A stretch of 63,436 bases of DNA, the filler included, from Choristocarpus tenellus KU-1152 (Eukaryota > Protista > Phaeophyceae): NCBI GenBank assembly GCA_964200185.2. It is 10 parts of 10 records of this genome, joined end to end, with 100 filler letters (N's around TTAATTAATTAA, not from the genome) between each part and the next. Parts side by side here need not be neighbours in the genome. Positions count along the whole stretch, not along the records: positions 9,261 to 14,449 come from CAXNAD020011570.1; positions 14,550 to 21,205 come from CAXNAD020007638.1; positions 21,306 to 26,750 come from CAXNAD020010753.1; 7 more parts are not named here. The stretch is one strand, 5' to 3'. The position numbers and the translations under genes are program-made. The notes beneath the pieces are model-generated. The model was given only the letters and a program-made list of their open reading frames with translations. It searched no databases and was not told the DNA's origin. Positions 12,022 through 24,498 of this stretch are shown here, in pieces (positions within the stretch are counted from its first letter, which is position 1; each line of letters opens with the position of its first letter).

Positions 12022-12291
12022 TATTCGTAGTATCTTAGAGGGGGAGTTGTTTAGAGCATATTGACCATTCAAGGCTTGATAGGGTGTTGTAAGTTACCCC
12101 AGTTTGATGCACGTTTTCCAGGCGATTTTTCTTCGGATTTGGTTCAAGCAGGCGTATGGAAAGAGAGAGTGAGTTCAGATTAAGCAAATTGTCCTTGCAT
12201 CTGACACGTCCACTCAGATGACATAAAAATCTATACAATTTGACATAGGTCGCGAATGGACGGCTGAATCCCCTCTAAGATACTATGGATC
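12022..12291 (+). mobile_element. MITE family C full copy
   Basis: TAGTATCTTAGAGGGG ... CCCCTCTAAGATACTA inverted termini, related to the family A TIR. Confidence 0.8.
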
Positions 12292-12679
12292 AAAAATAAC
12301 AAGTTTCTTGCTTGGCATCCTTCAATGGGTGCCCTAACCACTACTGCAGCATGCGTTAAAAAAAGAACTCAGGCACAGCCACGTTCACAGCAGCAGCAGA
12401 GTAATGCTCTCTTTGTCTCTTCTTAGGTATTCGTTGTGGATGCTCAAAGATGCAGACACGTGAAATTCTGGAAATGTTTTTCCCAATTATTTACTGAATG
12501 CACGAAGAATTGAACATTCAGAGTAGCATCAGTTCAAACAATAGTAGAAAGTTCTCCGTCATAACTAGACCAATAAGATAGGCTCGCCGTGTAGGATTGT
12601 TGTCCACGAAATTGATGCGTAGAACCAAATCCTTCTTTGTCCACTCGCAGCATGCTATATGTAACATGTGAATCTTCTC

Positions 12680-13462
12680 ATGTCGAGCACGAATCGACCA
12701 CGTTGGAGTCCTAGTTTACAAAGTCATACCTCTGAAGCCTCACCTATGTGTGTATGTCGTCTGGTGAGGGTGTGAGGATCTCGAATTCCACAAAATCGAA
12801 GAACCAACCACTACCTTGTAGCTGCTACGACAACATACATACGTACATATATATATATATAACAAAGTCGAACAAATGTGTGGCAGGCTGCCAGTGACTT
12901 TCATAGGAGAAGGAGATCCTCTGCCAGAGCCCAGGGCTGCGAGGAGTTATACAATCAAAAGATCAACACATACCTAGAAAATGTTGGTAAGCAGTACGCA
13001 CTCAAAATTGAAGCCATCCGGGACCAGGATCGGAAGGCATTTCGACAGCACCTTGTGAAAGCATCCATGGATGACCAACGATACTTTGGTTATCGCTGTC
13101 CAGAGGATGAGGGCACAGAGATCGTTGGGGGCATGAAAGGACCAGCGCCACTTCCAACAGGTGCTGAGACCCACACTTCAGAGGAAGGAAAATTCGATGA
13201 GGATGTGGTGTCCTTCAACAATATCCGAGCCAAGTATTTGCGACCCTGGGAGGACACATTGGCATCGAGGCCATACTGGGTTAGTCCTCTTCCCTCCACG
13301 GAGGATAAGGCATCGCACAAATCAAGCTCAACTGGATCTTTGATAGGTGGAAACAGAAGCAGGACGAGCAAAACAGGTAGAGGATCTTTGGTCCGCTTGC
13401 GTGCTAAGTGGTCAGACCGGCAACAATCTGGGACACAAGTCAATGTTCGCAATGGAGATTGA
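12680..13462 (+). CDS. Hypothetical protein, probably two exons (12680-12747, 12868-13462)
   Basis: 194-codon open frame with natural composition (EELYNQKINTYLENVGKQYALKIEAIRDQDRKAFRQHL). A phase-compatible GT..AG intron joins an upstream ATG exon (MSSTNRPRWSPS...). No family recognised. Confidence 0.5.
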
Positions 13463-14393
13463 TTTTTTTTGTGGTTTGGGGTCCAGGTGTAGGCTGATGG
13501 GGTTGTAAAGACAATGGATAGCAGACTTGGTGGCGAGACAGCGTGTGTGGAACTGAGACCATACGGATTGCTTCACTGCAATTTATTGTAGACATCAAAA
13601 AACACTGCAGTGTATGAAAGTCGGAATGACACATTTGTTGAGTTAGAGAGTTCATATACCGTGATTAGCAGGTCACTTTATGCTTTCTTCTGCCTCTTAA
13701 TCTGCAACATTGCTCATTTACCCTGTACATCTGCTTGATTGTTTATGACGAACGCGTTAACAAAAATTGTGCTGGAGATATAATAAAGATACACTGACCC
13801 ATTTCTATGCTGTGTTTGTTTGAAGGTCCTGACATACCATGTCCCCACAGCAGTCTGATAATTTGGAGATAAAAAAACATAAATAGCCACCTAGCAATCA
13901 AATGGAAACGTGCACAAGTGGCTAGCATCAAACAAAACTGAGTCCACTTCAAAGTTTGACAATATTTATACTTTATAATATGCAAGAGATAACAATTTTT
14001 TGGGTGTGTACCCTGATCGGGTAGAGTGTTAATAGAGTACATTTCTATTTATTGTATGCCCTCGACCAGCATAAATACAAGTGTGATGCCGATAGAAAAT
14101 TGTATCAGTACAGATGAAAGCAATCTACCTCATTGCCCATACTCTTACAAAGTCAGTGTGGAGTTATATGGCCTTCAATTGAGACTTCAATTGGTTGGAA
14201 CAAGAAGTACCAAAGGTTTCTGCACTAATATTTTAACGATAATTATCCACTTTACCTTCGTTATTGTGGGCTCATTTAGGTACCGTTCAAGTGCCTTGGG
14301 TAAGACACCTTTAAAAAGGAGAAAGCGTCTTCAAGATGTCATTGGTGTGTTTGCTGCTTGCTCAGCATACACACATAGGTTTTTTGTTTCTAA

Positions 14394-14449
14394 GACCAAG
14401 AGTATCTGGGGGGGGGGGGGGGGGTGTCCACCCCGGGGGGGCAGAGGGG
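14394..14449 (+). mobile_element. MITE family B 5' end at contig edge
   Basis: GACCAAGAGTATCTGGGGG(G)n. Confidence 0.65.
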
Positions 14450-14549
14450 NNNNNNNNNNNNNNNNNNNNNNNNNNNNNNNNNNNNNNNNNNNNTTAATTA
14501 ATTAANNNNNNNNNNNNNNNNNNNNNNNNNNNNNNNNNNNNNNNNNNNN
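14450..14549. other. Artificial contig spacer
   Basis: N44-TTAATTAATTAA-N44. Confidence 0.98.
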
Positions 14550-14573
14550 CACCCCCCCCAGATACTTTGAACC
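14550..14573 (+). mobile_element. MITE family B TIR at contig edge
   Basis: CCCCCCCCAGATACTTTGAACC; the same end occurs at about 9541-9561 and 34853-34870. Confidence 0.6.
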
Positions 14574-16129
14574 GCCACCCACCATGTTCTAACATTGTCC
14601 ATGACCGTTGGGTGTTTCAACATGGCCAGGCCACATGTCAGATTGTGGTCGAAGCCTGAGCCCTGACCATGCCATCCCCATAAAGACCTGATACTAACAC
14701 CTCTCCTGAACATTATATTTTCCGAGTTTATAACCATGATGATCAGAATTGGCCCGTAACATGAAGCCTAACGAGGCACCTTGACACTCATATCTTCTAG
14801 ATCCAATACAAAAACTTAAGACAGAATAAATACACACGCTACCATGGATTAGATAGAGCAAAAAAAAAGGTGCTCAATATGCGAAAGTCATCTGACCTCC
14901 CCAACCAAGCCAGTTGAAGTTTGCCGTCACCACAAAGTTCCTAGTATTATATAGACCTTTCGTGTGTGTACATTGACAACAGTCATCGGGCTGACTAGCG
15001 GGCACCTCTGCATGTATATGCAATATTTATACCGTTACAGGAATATATGGATCGTGAATGTCTTATCGTCACTACCAATCAGTTACTCCGGAGTATAATA
15101 TATACTTCGTGTATGTATGCATGCTGCACGGATTAGGTTTGTGAGATTGGATACAGTAGGAGGGGCAATACTAACATACATAGCCCGACCTACCTGTAGT
15201 AGCAGTACATTGTATGTTTATGTACATGGCGTACATTAACCCCTTAAGTCTCAATGCAGCATACATCCATTTTTAAATAAGTGACAACTTGTTTCTCCCT
15301 TTGCGACCTGGCCTGGTAGATACACACTCATTCATTGAACAATGTGTGACACTTGGAGTTTCCAGAAGTGCAATAATAATAAAAATAATAACAATAATGA
15401 TAGACGCACTCCCTTTGCGATGACAATGTATTATTGCAGCAGCAAAAGCTCTTTCATTAAATTTTCTTCCTTGTTGTGCTAAACTACAATAATACCTTGA
15501 TATCAAAACAGTGCTTGCCATGGGTATGGTCTTCATTTTGCTTCCAATAACGAGCTCATATTATGACGCAATCTCAACTCCCGTAAGGAAATCGTTCAAA
15601 CATGAGCGAACCACTCCCACTTGCCTATGTATCACAGCATACAGAATATTTTGGAGCCATAGTTGAAGAGATAGTGTGCAAAATGTCTGTAACACAAGGA
15701 TCGCCCCCTGCTGGTTGTCTATAAAAACGCACAGGTATGCATCTAGGCACCTTCCTATTAACGAAACACTCAGTAGCTATCTAGAATGTGTCATGGATGG
15801 ATACCCTGCATGACTCCAGTGATTATCAGCTGGGAATTACACATCTCAAGTTTCTAGTACTGCATGCATATAAACATATCTGTAACACCATAATCCCTAA
15901 CCCTAAGTGTATGCTACACCGCTCCAAGAAATACTAAAGTGAGAAAAAAATGAGCACCATACTCAAAGACCATTCCCACCCAATGCATACAAAAATACTT
16001 GTACCAAGTCTCAATTTCAGTCATGTTCCTGTCTCTTTTTTGTAAGGCAGCCAGCTTTGTTACCCTGACAACACCTCATAAGTGCAGATTAATTTTTATG
16101 CAATGACTGGATCTGTCCTCATAGCCCTA

Positions 16130-18383
16130 CTAACGATGAGTCCTGCCTGCTCCCCCATCTTTGCAATACATCCCTTTTCTTGCTCGTTGCCAATGCCATA
16201 GACATGTCGCAGCCTCTTCCCCACCAAACTCCCTGGTAATGGCCATAACTATACCCCCCAGAGTCCTCTCCTCTGCCCCTGTTACCCCTCGCCGTCCTTC
16301 TCCCCACTGCCCATGTCCCGATCCCCTTCTCTCCTCACCCCCTTTGCCTTCTGTGTCACTACCATCTCCCCCTTTCTCACCCCAGTGTTGCCCTCCCGAC
16401 AAACCGCCACTGCACTTGTTGCAGTTATCTCTTACTTTCCCTGCCCTCTGAGGAAAAGCATCAAGTTCTTGCTGCACATACTGTGCCCTACTTTTAAATC
16501 CCACTTCTGTGTCTGCCCTGTCCTCCCCACCCACTGTTACGGAAGACTCCAAGTTTGCAGCACTGGCTCTATCTACAATGGCTCTGATCTTCCTCTTGGA
16601 CCGCAAGTCAATGTCTTCTCCTCCATACTTTGCCCTTAGCCAAGCAACTCGGTCTTGCAAGAATGCTGCATAGTCTGGATTGTCTCTCAAAAAACCTTCG
16701 CAGTCCTGACAGATTATTTGAGCTGCCTCCTTTGCCTGCATCCTGTTATTGTTGCATCTTTCCTCCTCACCATCCTTGTCACTGACATGTACTGGTGGTG
16801 CCAAACCCTCTTCTGCCATTCTTGACAATTGCTGGGCAAAGAGATAAGAAACACGGGCACCACGCCCCAGTCCTTGGCAGAGTACGTGGGGGGCAATCGA
16901 AATGGCCTGCACAAAGCGCATGCCAATATGCAAGGTCAGGTTAGGAGGAGAGGGGGGAAGTGGAATGAGAGGGGACCGGCTTTTGTGGGAGTGGATTAGG
17001 AGTGGAGAGTGTGGCATTGATTTAGAATAATGACAAGCCATTTTGATGTGCAAGGCATGATAAACCAGAGTGTTGAAATTATAGGGCAAGGAAACCTACC
17101 CACGTCAGACTCATTTGGTGTTTGCACCCAATCCAACAGGCACAGTGGAAGGCGTGACCCACCCACAATGAACAGTACATGCATTGCCAACAAAAGGAAC
17201 GATTACACACAAAAACCGACTTTCTGGGCACATGTACCGATACAAGCACAGCAACAGTGGACTCAGGCCGATCTTAACAGCATCACACATTTCTCAAATC
17301 TTACCTCATCACCATCTCTACCATTCCCAGACAAAAAAGACCCCCTTGCCCCACCCATAAGAGTTACCTCCACGGTGTAGAAATCCCAAGTCAAGTCCCA
17401 CGATCAAACAAGGACATCAACTGAAGAAACACCGCCTATCCACATACCTCCTCCCATGGTTCAGCAAGTACAGGTCCAAGAACATTCTTCCATGCATCAA
17501 CTTTGGTTGCAAGCGTCTCTCGACTGAGGGCCAGTACCATTGGGGCTCCCTCCACCACGCAGGTGGGGTCAATTGAAGGGAAGAGCTTTTGGATAACCTC
17601 CTCCTGAGTTGATTCAGAGTTTTTTTTGGGCAGGTTGAAAAAATCACTTAGAGTCAAGACCTCTTTGATCAGCAATGTGAAATGGGGCAGGGAGAGAGTT
17701 AGGGTTAAGGTGGGGGCATAGATCAAGGGAGGGTAGGGGAACAAGGCAGCTGCAACGCAGAATTAAGCGTATCTGTTGTAGTGGACACTCGTCTCCTGTC
17801 TGGTACAGGAGGGCATTTACTGTCAGTTTGGACTTCAAGGGACTAACTGGTCAAGGGCTTTGCGCCCATAAATGTAATCACAGTGTGTGCATGCTCCTCT
17901 GGTGTTGCTTTCACGAAAGCGCTATACCTGGAGACCACATTCCCTTTTGTGCTGTTTACCATATTACAAACGCGCTCTCCAACCCTTCCCTGAGGTGAAG
18001 GTAACTAGCCTCTCCTTTTCATAAATGACAAGGACTGTTTTACCTTCCTCAGAGACAAAAACCGAATATGTACTGATATGTTGCCGAGGGCAGATGGTGA
18101 GCAAGCACAAGGGAAAGAAGCTGACAAGGAGACAGAAGCTATACAATCATCTGATTTCTAAAAAATGTGGAACTTGATTGCTGGATTAGTAAATCTTAGA
18201 TACGGAGAATATGTAATTTAATTGGAAAGATGTCTATAGATTATTTAACAAATTATCAATTGAGAAAAGAAAGTATGTTGCCTTATACAAGTAGCGTTAT
18301 CGAAAGTACCACCCAACGGAAATAGGGAGACTCACCATCCATAGCAAGGGTCAGGAGGTTGTAAGTATGTCAACACTCTACAT
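16130..18383 (-). CDS. Multi-exon gene (3' part), mTERF-like repeat protein (tentative)
   Basis: Exons 18383-18336, 17927-17848, 17662-17448 and 16906-16130 have AG/GT ends and consistent phases. The product contains EGAPMVLALSRETLATKVDAWKNVLG and EEAISIAPHVLCQGLGRGARVSYL, resembling mTERF motifs (P-x-VL-x-LS-x-E-x-L-xx-KV). Confidence 0.6.
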
Positions 18384-19962
18384 CTGATTGGTGATTGGGT
18401 CTACGTCATAAAATAGGTATTTTCTATTGGTGTGCAGTGTATATAAGCGACCCGTTTCATTCTTGACACAATTCTGTTGCGCCTCTTCACAAGATTTTCT
18501 GCTTGATCTCACAAACTTACGGTTCTGTTTTATCCAGAACTTCTATTCTAGTACTGATAATAATATTCTGATCGACCCTATCGCACATACTGATAACTTC
18601 ACCGGAATTCAACAATCAATGCGTAGTAGTATGTGCTCGGTGGGAGGGTGCAGTAGAACTGAATGTTGAGGCTTGTAGCTCTTTCAGAAATAATTTTGCT
18701 GCAACCACCACACACGGTGGTTACATTTGGCGATTTGTGTATGAGTTTGATATACGTGAGTGAAACCTCCCCCTCCCTTTATGTTTGCATAAAATAAAAA
18801 TATGGGAAAAAAAGCTTCAAATATTAAATGGCCGTCTTACCACGAGGGGCAACACAGTGACCATGGCAAAGCCCCAATCAATAGACAGGTAAACCAGAGA
18901 CTCTAATGGAAACAGAACCAACGGAATGCGTTCAAGGAAATACAAGAAACCTCCAAATCAGCCCAAACTTGATTGGCCAAGGAAAGGAATATGACATTTT
19001 TACAGCGACACAGAGCTAGCTGCCTGTACCAATCAAAAACACAAGAACTACAATCCTAATGATAAAAGACCAACTTGACTGCAGCACAGAATTTGTACCA
19101 CCTCTTTGATTGTTGCAATTGTGCATCAAGGTTGGTGAGGATGTGAGAGCACCCTATCCTTCTCGTGCCAGGTATGGTATGTTAACAAAGCCCGATAATG
19201 AATCTCGTTATCATTGGACTCAAGGGTCGTGTTGCTTGTGTCCTAAAATCGAAGAAAAAAAAAACTAAGTTCACAACAGTCACAATGGACCACATGTTGT
19301 TGCTTGTAGTTCAGAGATATAGAGCAGCCAAAAATAGTTGGGTAGAGTGTGACACCACCTAAGATGGAGGTGTGATTGGGTTTCACAAGTCTCCTATGAC
19401 TGCCCTGGGGAATAGGTGTTCTGAGCACTGCAGACAGCGTTCTTGACAAACGGTGTTTTCACAACTAGACTTCTTCTAGAGACGAACTCTCTCAAGGGAG
19501 GTTGACTGTATTTCAGGCATGGGCATGGTGTATATTGCACGAGGTCCAAAAAGACTGTGTAGACTCAAAAGGACCAAAACAGGAAAAATCAATACCTCCT
19601 TCAAATGGTTTCTTTCATTCAGAATTTCCCCTTTGTCCTGGGTGTTGAAATCAGAAAGCACATGCGTATGTTACCACTTCTAAATGAACATTAAGCATCC
19701 ACCCTCCCTCCCCATTCCCATCTCCTCCTTCCCTCGGACTGCACCTGTCGAACCAGGTCCACCCCCTTCACCACTATCCCTGGCGCTCCTTCCACAAGCC
19801 GATGTGGCTCCAGTGACGGAAACATCTCTTGCAATGCCTTAACGCGGGTGCACATGGTTCCCTCACTTGTGTGGTACGATATTGGGGGAGATGGAGAAGA
19901 GATAACTTGATCAATACAAGCAAAACATGTGATTGGTCAGTGGGAACGGTGAAGAAAGGGAT

Positions 19963-20150
19963 GGGGGGGGGGGGGGGGGGGGGAAGGAAAAAGAAAAAGA
20001 GGAAAAAAAAAAAAAAAAGAGGGGGGTGGTTAGGAGAAAAANNNNNNNNCTAAGAAAAAAAAAAAAAAAAAAAAAAAAAAAGGAGGTGGGGGGGGGGGGG
20101 GGGGGGGGGGGGAGGGGGGGGGGGGGGGGGGGGGGGGGGAGAGAGAGAGA
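19963..20150. repeat. Poly-G/poly-A low-complexity tract with an internal 8-N gap
   Basis: Long G and A homopolymers; likely a poorly resolved assembly join. Confidence 0.85.
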
Positions 20151-20743
20151 ACGACATCAGAGTTAAAAAAAAGAATACAGTAGGGCTAGTTCCTGGCAAA
20201 AAATATCTGTGGGTACTACTAGAGCAATTGGGGGGAAAATCTAATCATTGCAAGTCCTATACTTTATTTCTGGTAGGGAGAGGGACAGAGGGGTATGTTT
20301 GAGAGGAGGGACCACATGTTGATGCTACTGACATTGCAACACGCCTTGCATGTTTTGGGACACACAGAGGGGGTCAATATCCAGGCGAACACACACAAGA
20401 GATAGGAGTGGACGTGTGGGATAGAGCCCAGGGGAATAAGAAAAAATATAAGAAAAAACAACAAGAAAAAACATTTGTTTTGCCTATTTAAGGCAACCAT
20501 ACACAAGCGCCGAGGTCAGTCCCAATACGCCTTCTTTTGATTGATATCTCGTCCCACATACAACAACAGGTGCAGGGGTCTCTCCACACAAAACACATCA
20601 TAGACATGTGACAACTCTCTTGCTTGGAGTTCAACACAAAACACATCAAATGCAGTCACAACAAGGACAACGAGGATGAAACGTTCTTTGAGCCGATCTC
20701 GTCATCTTCCCTACCTACCCCTTTTCCTCCCCCCTCTCCCCCC

Positions 20744-20774
<31 letters not shown>

Positions 20775-21205
20775 CTTTTCACACACCTGACTGAGAGGCA
20801 CTTGGGCACACGCACAATGATGGTCCGTACGGTTGATGCCGGAAACAACGAGCACATGGTCATGACCTTGCCTGTCAGATTTTGTGTGCTGAATCGGAGC
20901 GCACTTGGGTAGTACAGTAGTACCTTTTTTTGACCGACAAGAGTCAGGACCAGTAGCCATGCGGGGAACGTTCCGAGCGAGAGATAGAACAGGAAGGACA
21001 GGCCATGATGTAATGCATTCGGTTCCAAGCAGTGAGTGGCATGAGGCAAACGGGAAGCAGAGCAAAGTGAGAGTTCAATCCGCTCAGCAAAGACCTCGTG
21101 TAATTGGGGACAACATTTTACAAGAACCAAACGAAATCAGCAGCGTGCCAGGGGACAGTAGTTCTCCAAAACCATTTCAAAGGATAGGGGGGGGTGGAGG
21201 CAGGG

Positions 21206-21305
21206 NNNNNNNNNNNNNNNNNNNNNNNNNNNNNNNNNNNNNNNNNNNNTTAATTAATTAANNNNNNNNNNNNNNNNNNNNNNNNNNNNNNNNNNNNNNN
21301 NNNNN
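21206..21305. other. Artificial contig spacer
   Basis: N44-TTAATTAATTAA-N44. Confidence 0.98.
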
Positions 21306-21798
21306 TTATTCTGCATTCAACTACTTTGACATGACCGTTGACTTAGATAGGCAGCACAAATAAATAATAAACAAGCAACGAGAAGACACCACGCAAAGGT
21401 CTCTCTTCTAATTCCAACCATGTAATCACGTCCCGCCAAGGGGGTCGTGTGAGGCTTCACACCTTCTTATCTTCACTACTAACAAATAGCATTACCTCCC
21501 AAGGTAATTTGCACATTAACATCATTCATCATTTTTCTACAGCCAAAGAGTTAAATGAAGTCTGCAAACTGCTAACTAGATACTTCAATCATAAATCTTT
21601 ATTCTGCAACTTCCAGGAATTGACTATTCTGTAACATTAAGTTTGAATTTCAAATCTTACTCTGCATCTCCTATGAAATCATCATTTATTCTGTAAGGCT
21701 ATGTGTTACTAATATCGTATATTGTTCGCACTTGTTAGAACGCGAGAAACAATCCTCACACTATACGTCTGTCACAAATGTTCGTGTTTGCTCAAACA

Positions 21799-22670
21799 TG
21801 GGAAGAAATGCTCGCGCTATGCGCCTGTAACACTTAATCCTCGATCAGATCTCCCGAAACTGCAAAACCTACAGGACTGACCTCAACACCATTCACATCA
21901 ACGAGGCATGGTTCTACCTCGTCCGGGAACGAGAGATGGTGTGCATGCTCTTGGGGGAGGAAGACGATGAAGGTCAGCACAAGAGTCACATTCCAAAGTG
22001 ATATTCATCTCCACTGTTTCGTGCCCGGATCCTTCCCATGATTTCAACGGCAAGATCGGGATCTGGCGGGTTTGCATCACGAAGGAGGTGCAACGGGCTA
22101 CAGCACGGCACACAAAGGGCGAGGAGTACGAGGTCAATATCACCATTGGCGCTGAGTGGTACCTGGAGTGGTACACGGAGCAGCTGTCACCAGCAATGAA
22201 GGAAAAATGCTATGGTTGGAATCTGGAGGGGCCTTCATACAGCAGGATGGTGCGACCCGCATACGGGCAAGGGCACAGTGCAGGAGCTGAACGCAGCAGG
22301 GATGGAGGAGGAATGGAACATTAAGCTAGTGACACAGTCAGCCCAGTTGCCGGATTTCAACATCAATGATTTGGGGGGGGTTGCATTTCTGAAGAGCGGG
22401 GTTTGGGTGGAGCATTACGGCACTGTTGATGGACTTGTAGAGGGGGTTTCAAGCATGTTCCACATGTACGACACAGACATGCTCGAGAGGGTATGGCAGA
22501 GTCTGTTTAAGAGTTACAATCATGTGTTAATGGCGATGGGATGGAACGATTTCGAAGTAGCACACCAGGACCAAAAAAGGCAGCAGGAGGGTGGGTTGGC
22601 TATATCAATCGAACTAGACCTAGCGGCCTCCATGGCGTCCCTGGATTGGTGGGTTGAGGATGACGAATAA
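21799..22670 (+). pseudogene. Mariner-like transposase relic (plant-type DD39D/Soymar-Osmar-like clade), frameshifted
   Basis: Motifs across frames: TIHINEAWFYL (cf. HIDEKWFY), QHKSHIPK/VIFISTVSCPD..FNGKIGIW, IQQDGA/PH, IKLVTQSAQLPDFNINDLG (cf. QPPNSPDLNILDLG), LERVWQSL..GWNDFEVAH. Several frameshifts, an in-frame stop, and first catalytic D changed to N. Confidence 0.9.
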
Positions 22671-22792
22671 GGGTGAGACATAGTTTTTAATGTTAAATAT
22701 TGGAAGGAACCCAACGCAAAATTCCGCTTTGTAATCGGAGGTCATCCCGAAGACCTACAACTTTACGGCTCAGACTTGTGAGACAGTGGGAG
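21799..22792 (+). mobile_element. 5'-truncated mariner element with a preserved 3' TIR
   Basis: After the transposase stop: AGGAACCCAACGCAAAATTCCGCTTTGTAATCGGAGGTCATCCCGAAG...GACTTGTGAGACAGTGGGAG|TA, homologous to the right end of the MITE at 2024-2368. Confidence 0.8.
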
Positions 22793-23166
22793 TAGTAGGA
22801 GTAGGTACAACAGAGCCAATTGAAGTTGCCAAGCATCCTCCTCCTTCTCCTTGGCTTCCCTTGCGTTGTTTTTGAGGTATTGAAAAACATCTAGCAATAT
22901 CAGTTGTTTGCGGAGTTTGTCCCAGGTTGCAACCACACCTTTGCTCCCCTCCTAGTTCAACCCCCCCGTTATGGTATGGGTGCCTTCTTTTTACTACCCA
23001 CGTTGGCATTTCTTTCCCCTTCCTTCTTTATCCTCGGCTGGGGTGCGAGTGTCACGTAATCTGGAGTGAAGGGCCCATTGGCATACTTTTGGAATGTGTA
23101 TGTACTGCATGGGTTTGGAGCGCATCTCCTGTTCGTTAGGGTTTAGCCAAGCCATCCCCAACTCCT

Positions 23167-23425
23167 GATTCAAAGTATCTTTGAGGGTAGAGCCGAGTTC
23201 ATTCGGGGGTCAAAATCCAATGTTGCAATTTTGATGTAATTTTGGCTATCGTGTTTGTTAGGAGATGTCAATATCCTTGACTCGGACACTCCTTTTCATA
23301 AAGTATACTTTTTACCTACTCTGAAACATTTTGGAGTATGTAAAATGTCATTAAAAACCTATCGGAAGCCAAGCCCCAAATGGACAAACAGGGAAAAACT
23401 CGCACTCTCTAAGATACTTTTAATC
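23167..23425 (+). mobile_element. MITE family A full copy, 4-bp TSD (TCCT)
   Basis: TCCT|GATTCAAAGTATCTTTGAGGGTA ... CTCTCTAAGATACTTTTAATC|TCCT. Confidence 0.9.
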
Positions 23426-24321
23426 TCCTGTCCTCGTGCGTCGAAAATGACTGGTAGTGGTGCCACGTTATTGATGTAACCGACCATGAAGTGGCAGTTA
23501 TCTGCAAGGAGGATCGCATATACATGTTACTCTGGCACTTGATGGCAACCCTTTTCTGTCTCTTTCTCTGTCTCTCATGACCATGTACCTCCTCCTCACC
23601 CCCAGGACCTGCACCTTCCCCACCTTCCCCACCAGCATTATCATCATGTTCCTCATCACCGCTGCGGTCCATGTACACATCCTGGTCATTGCTCACCTCT
23701 GCCCCGAGTCGCCTATTTCCTCATGGTCGTAGTCAGTGGATGTTGTCTGTTCCTACCGTAAGGCGGGCTCAAGGTTGAACTCAATTGCACGTCAGCTCCA
23801 TAGCCTACAGACTTGATCATCCATAGCCACTCTGATGGCCTCACGTTTTCCTGTCTCTGAAGGTGTGTGTGATATTTGGGAAAGGTTGTGAAGTACGGGT
23901 TAAGGATAGAATAAGGTTAACCGGTTCATAGCGGCATAATGTGTGTTGTGGAAGCTTGTTTCTCTAGTAGTTGATGTTTGAAAATGATATTTTGATAAGT
24001 TTTCTAAGAAGGGTTTGTCGATGCAAGGAAAACGAAGGATGTTGTACTATGGTATCTATCCATTGACCAGGTTGTAGATTATGTGGTTAGTATTGTAGCA
24101 ACAGCAGCAGCGGCAGTAGTAGAAGCACTGTTAATGGATGGAGGCAAAGTGACACAGAAAGTACTACTTGATTAATTGAAATTGTAAAACAAAAGACGGT
24201 ATAGGACGCATAGAAAGAAATCTAGATACATACATGTAATGGGTGGGTGTCTTGTTAAGAGGATGAGAACGATGGCACGTCTTTGTGCCGAGTCAACGAT
24301 CAAAAGCATCTGGTGCGCGAA

Positions 24322-24498
24322 TATGTATGTATGCATGTATGTATGTATGTATGTATGTACGTATGTATGTATGTATGTATGTATGTATGTATGTATGTAT
24401 GTATGTATATGTGTGTGTGTATGTATGTATGTATGTATGTATGTATGTATGTACGTATATGTGTGTATGTATGTATTATGTATTATGTATTATGTATG
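24322..24498. repeat. (TATG)n microsatellite
   Basis: Long GTAT run; source of the spurious MYVC ORFs. Confidence 0.95.

Noticed and set aside
19829-20166. Poly-Gly/Lys ORFs
   Set aside because: Homopolymer runs around an N gap; likely sequencing or assembly noise.
23409-23696. Acidic/Gly-rich 95-aa ORF
   Set aside because: Low complexity, no recognisable domain; may be TE debris.
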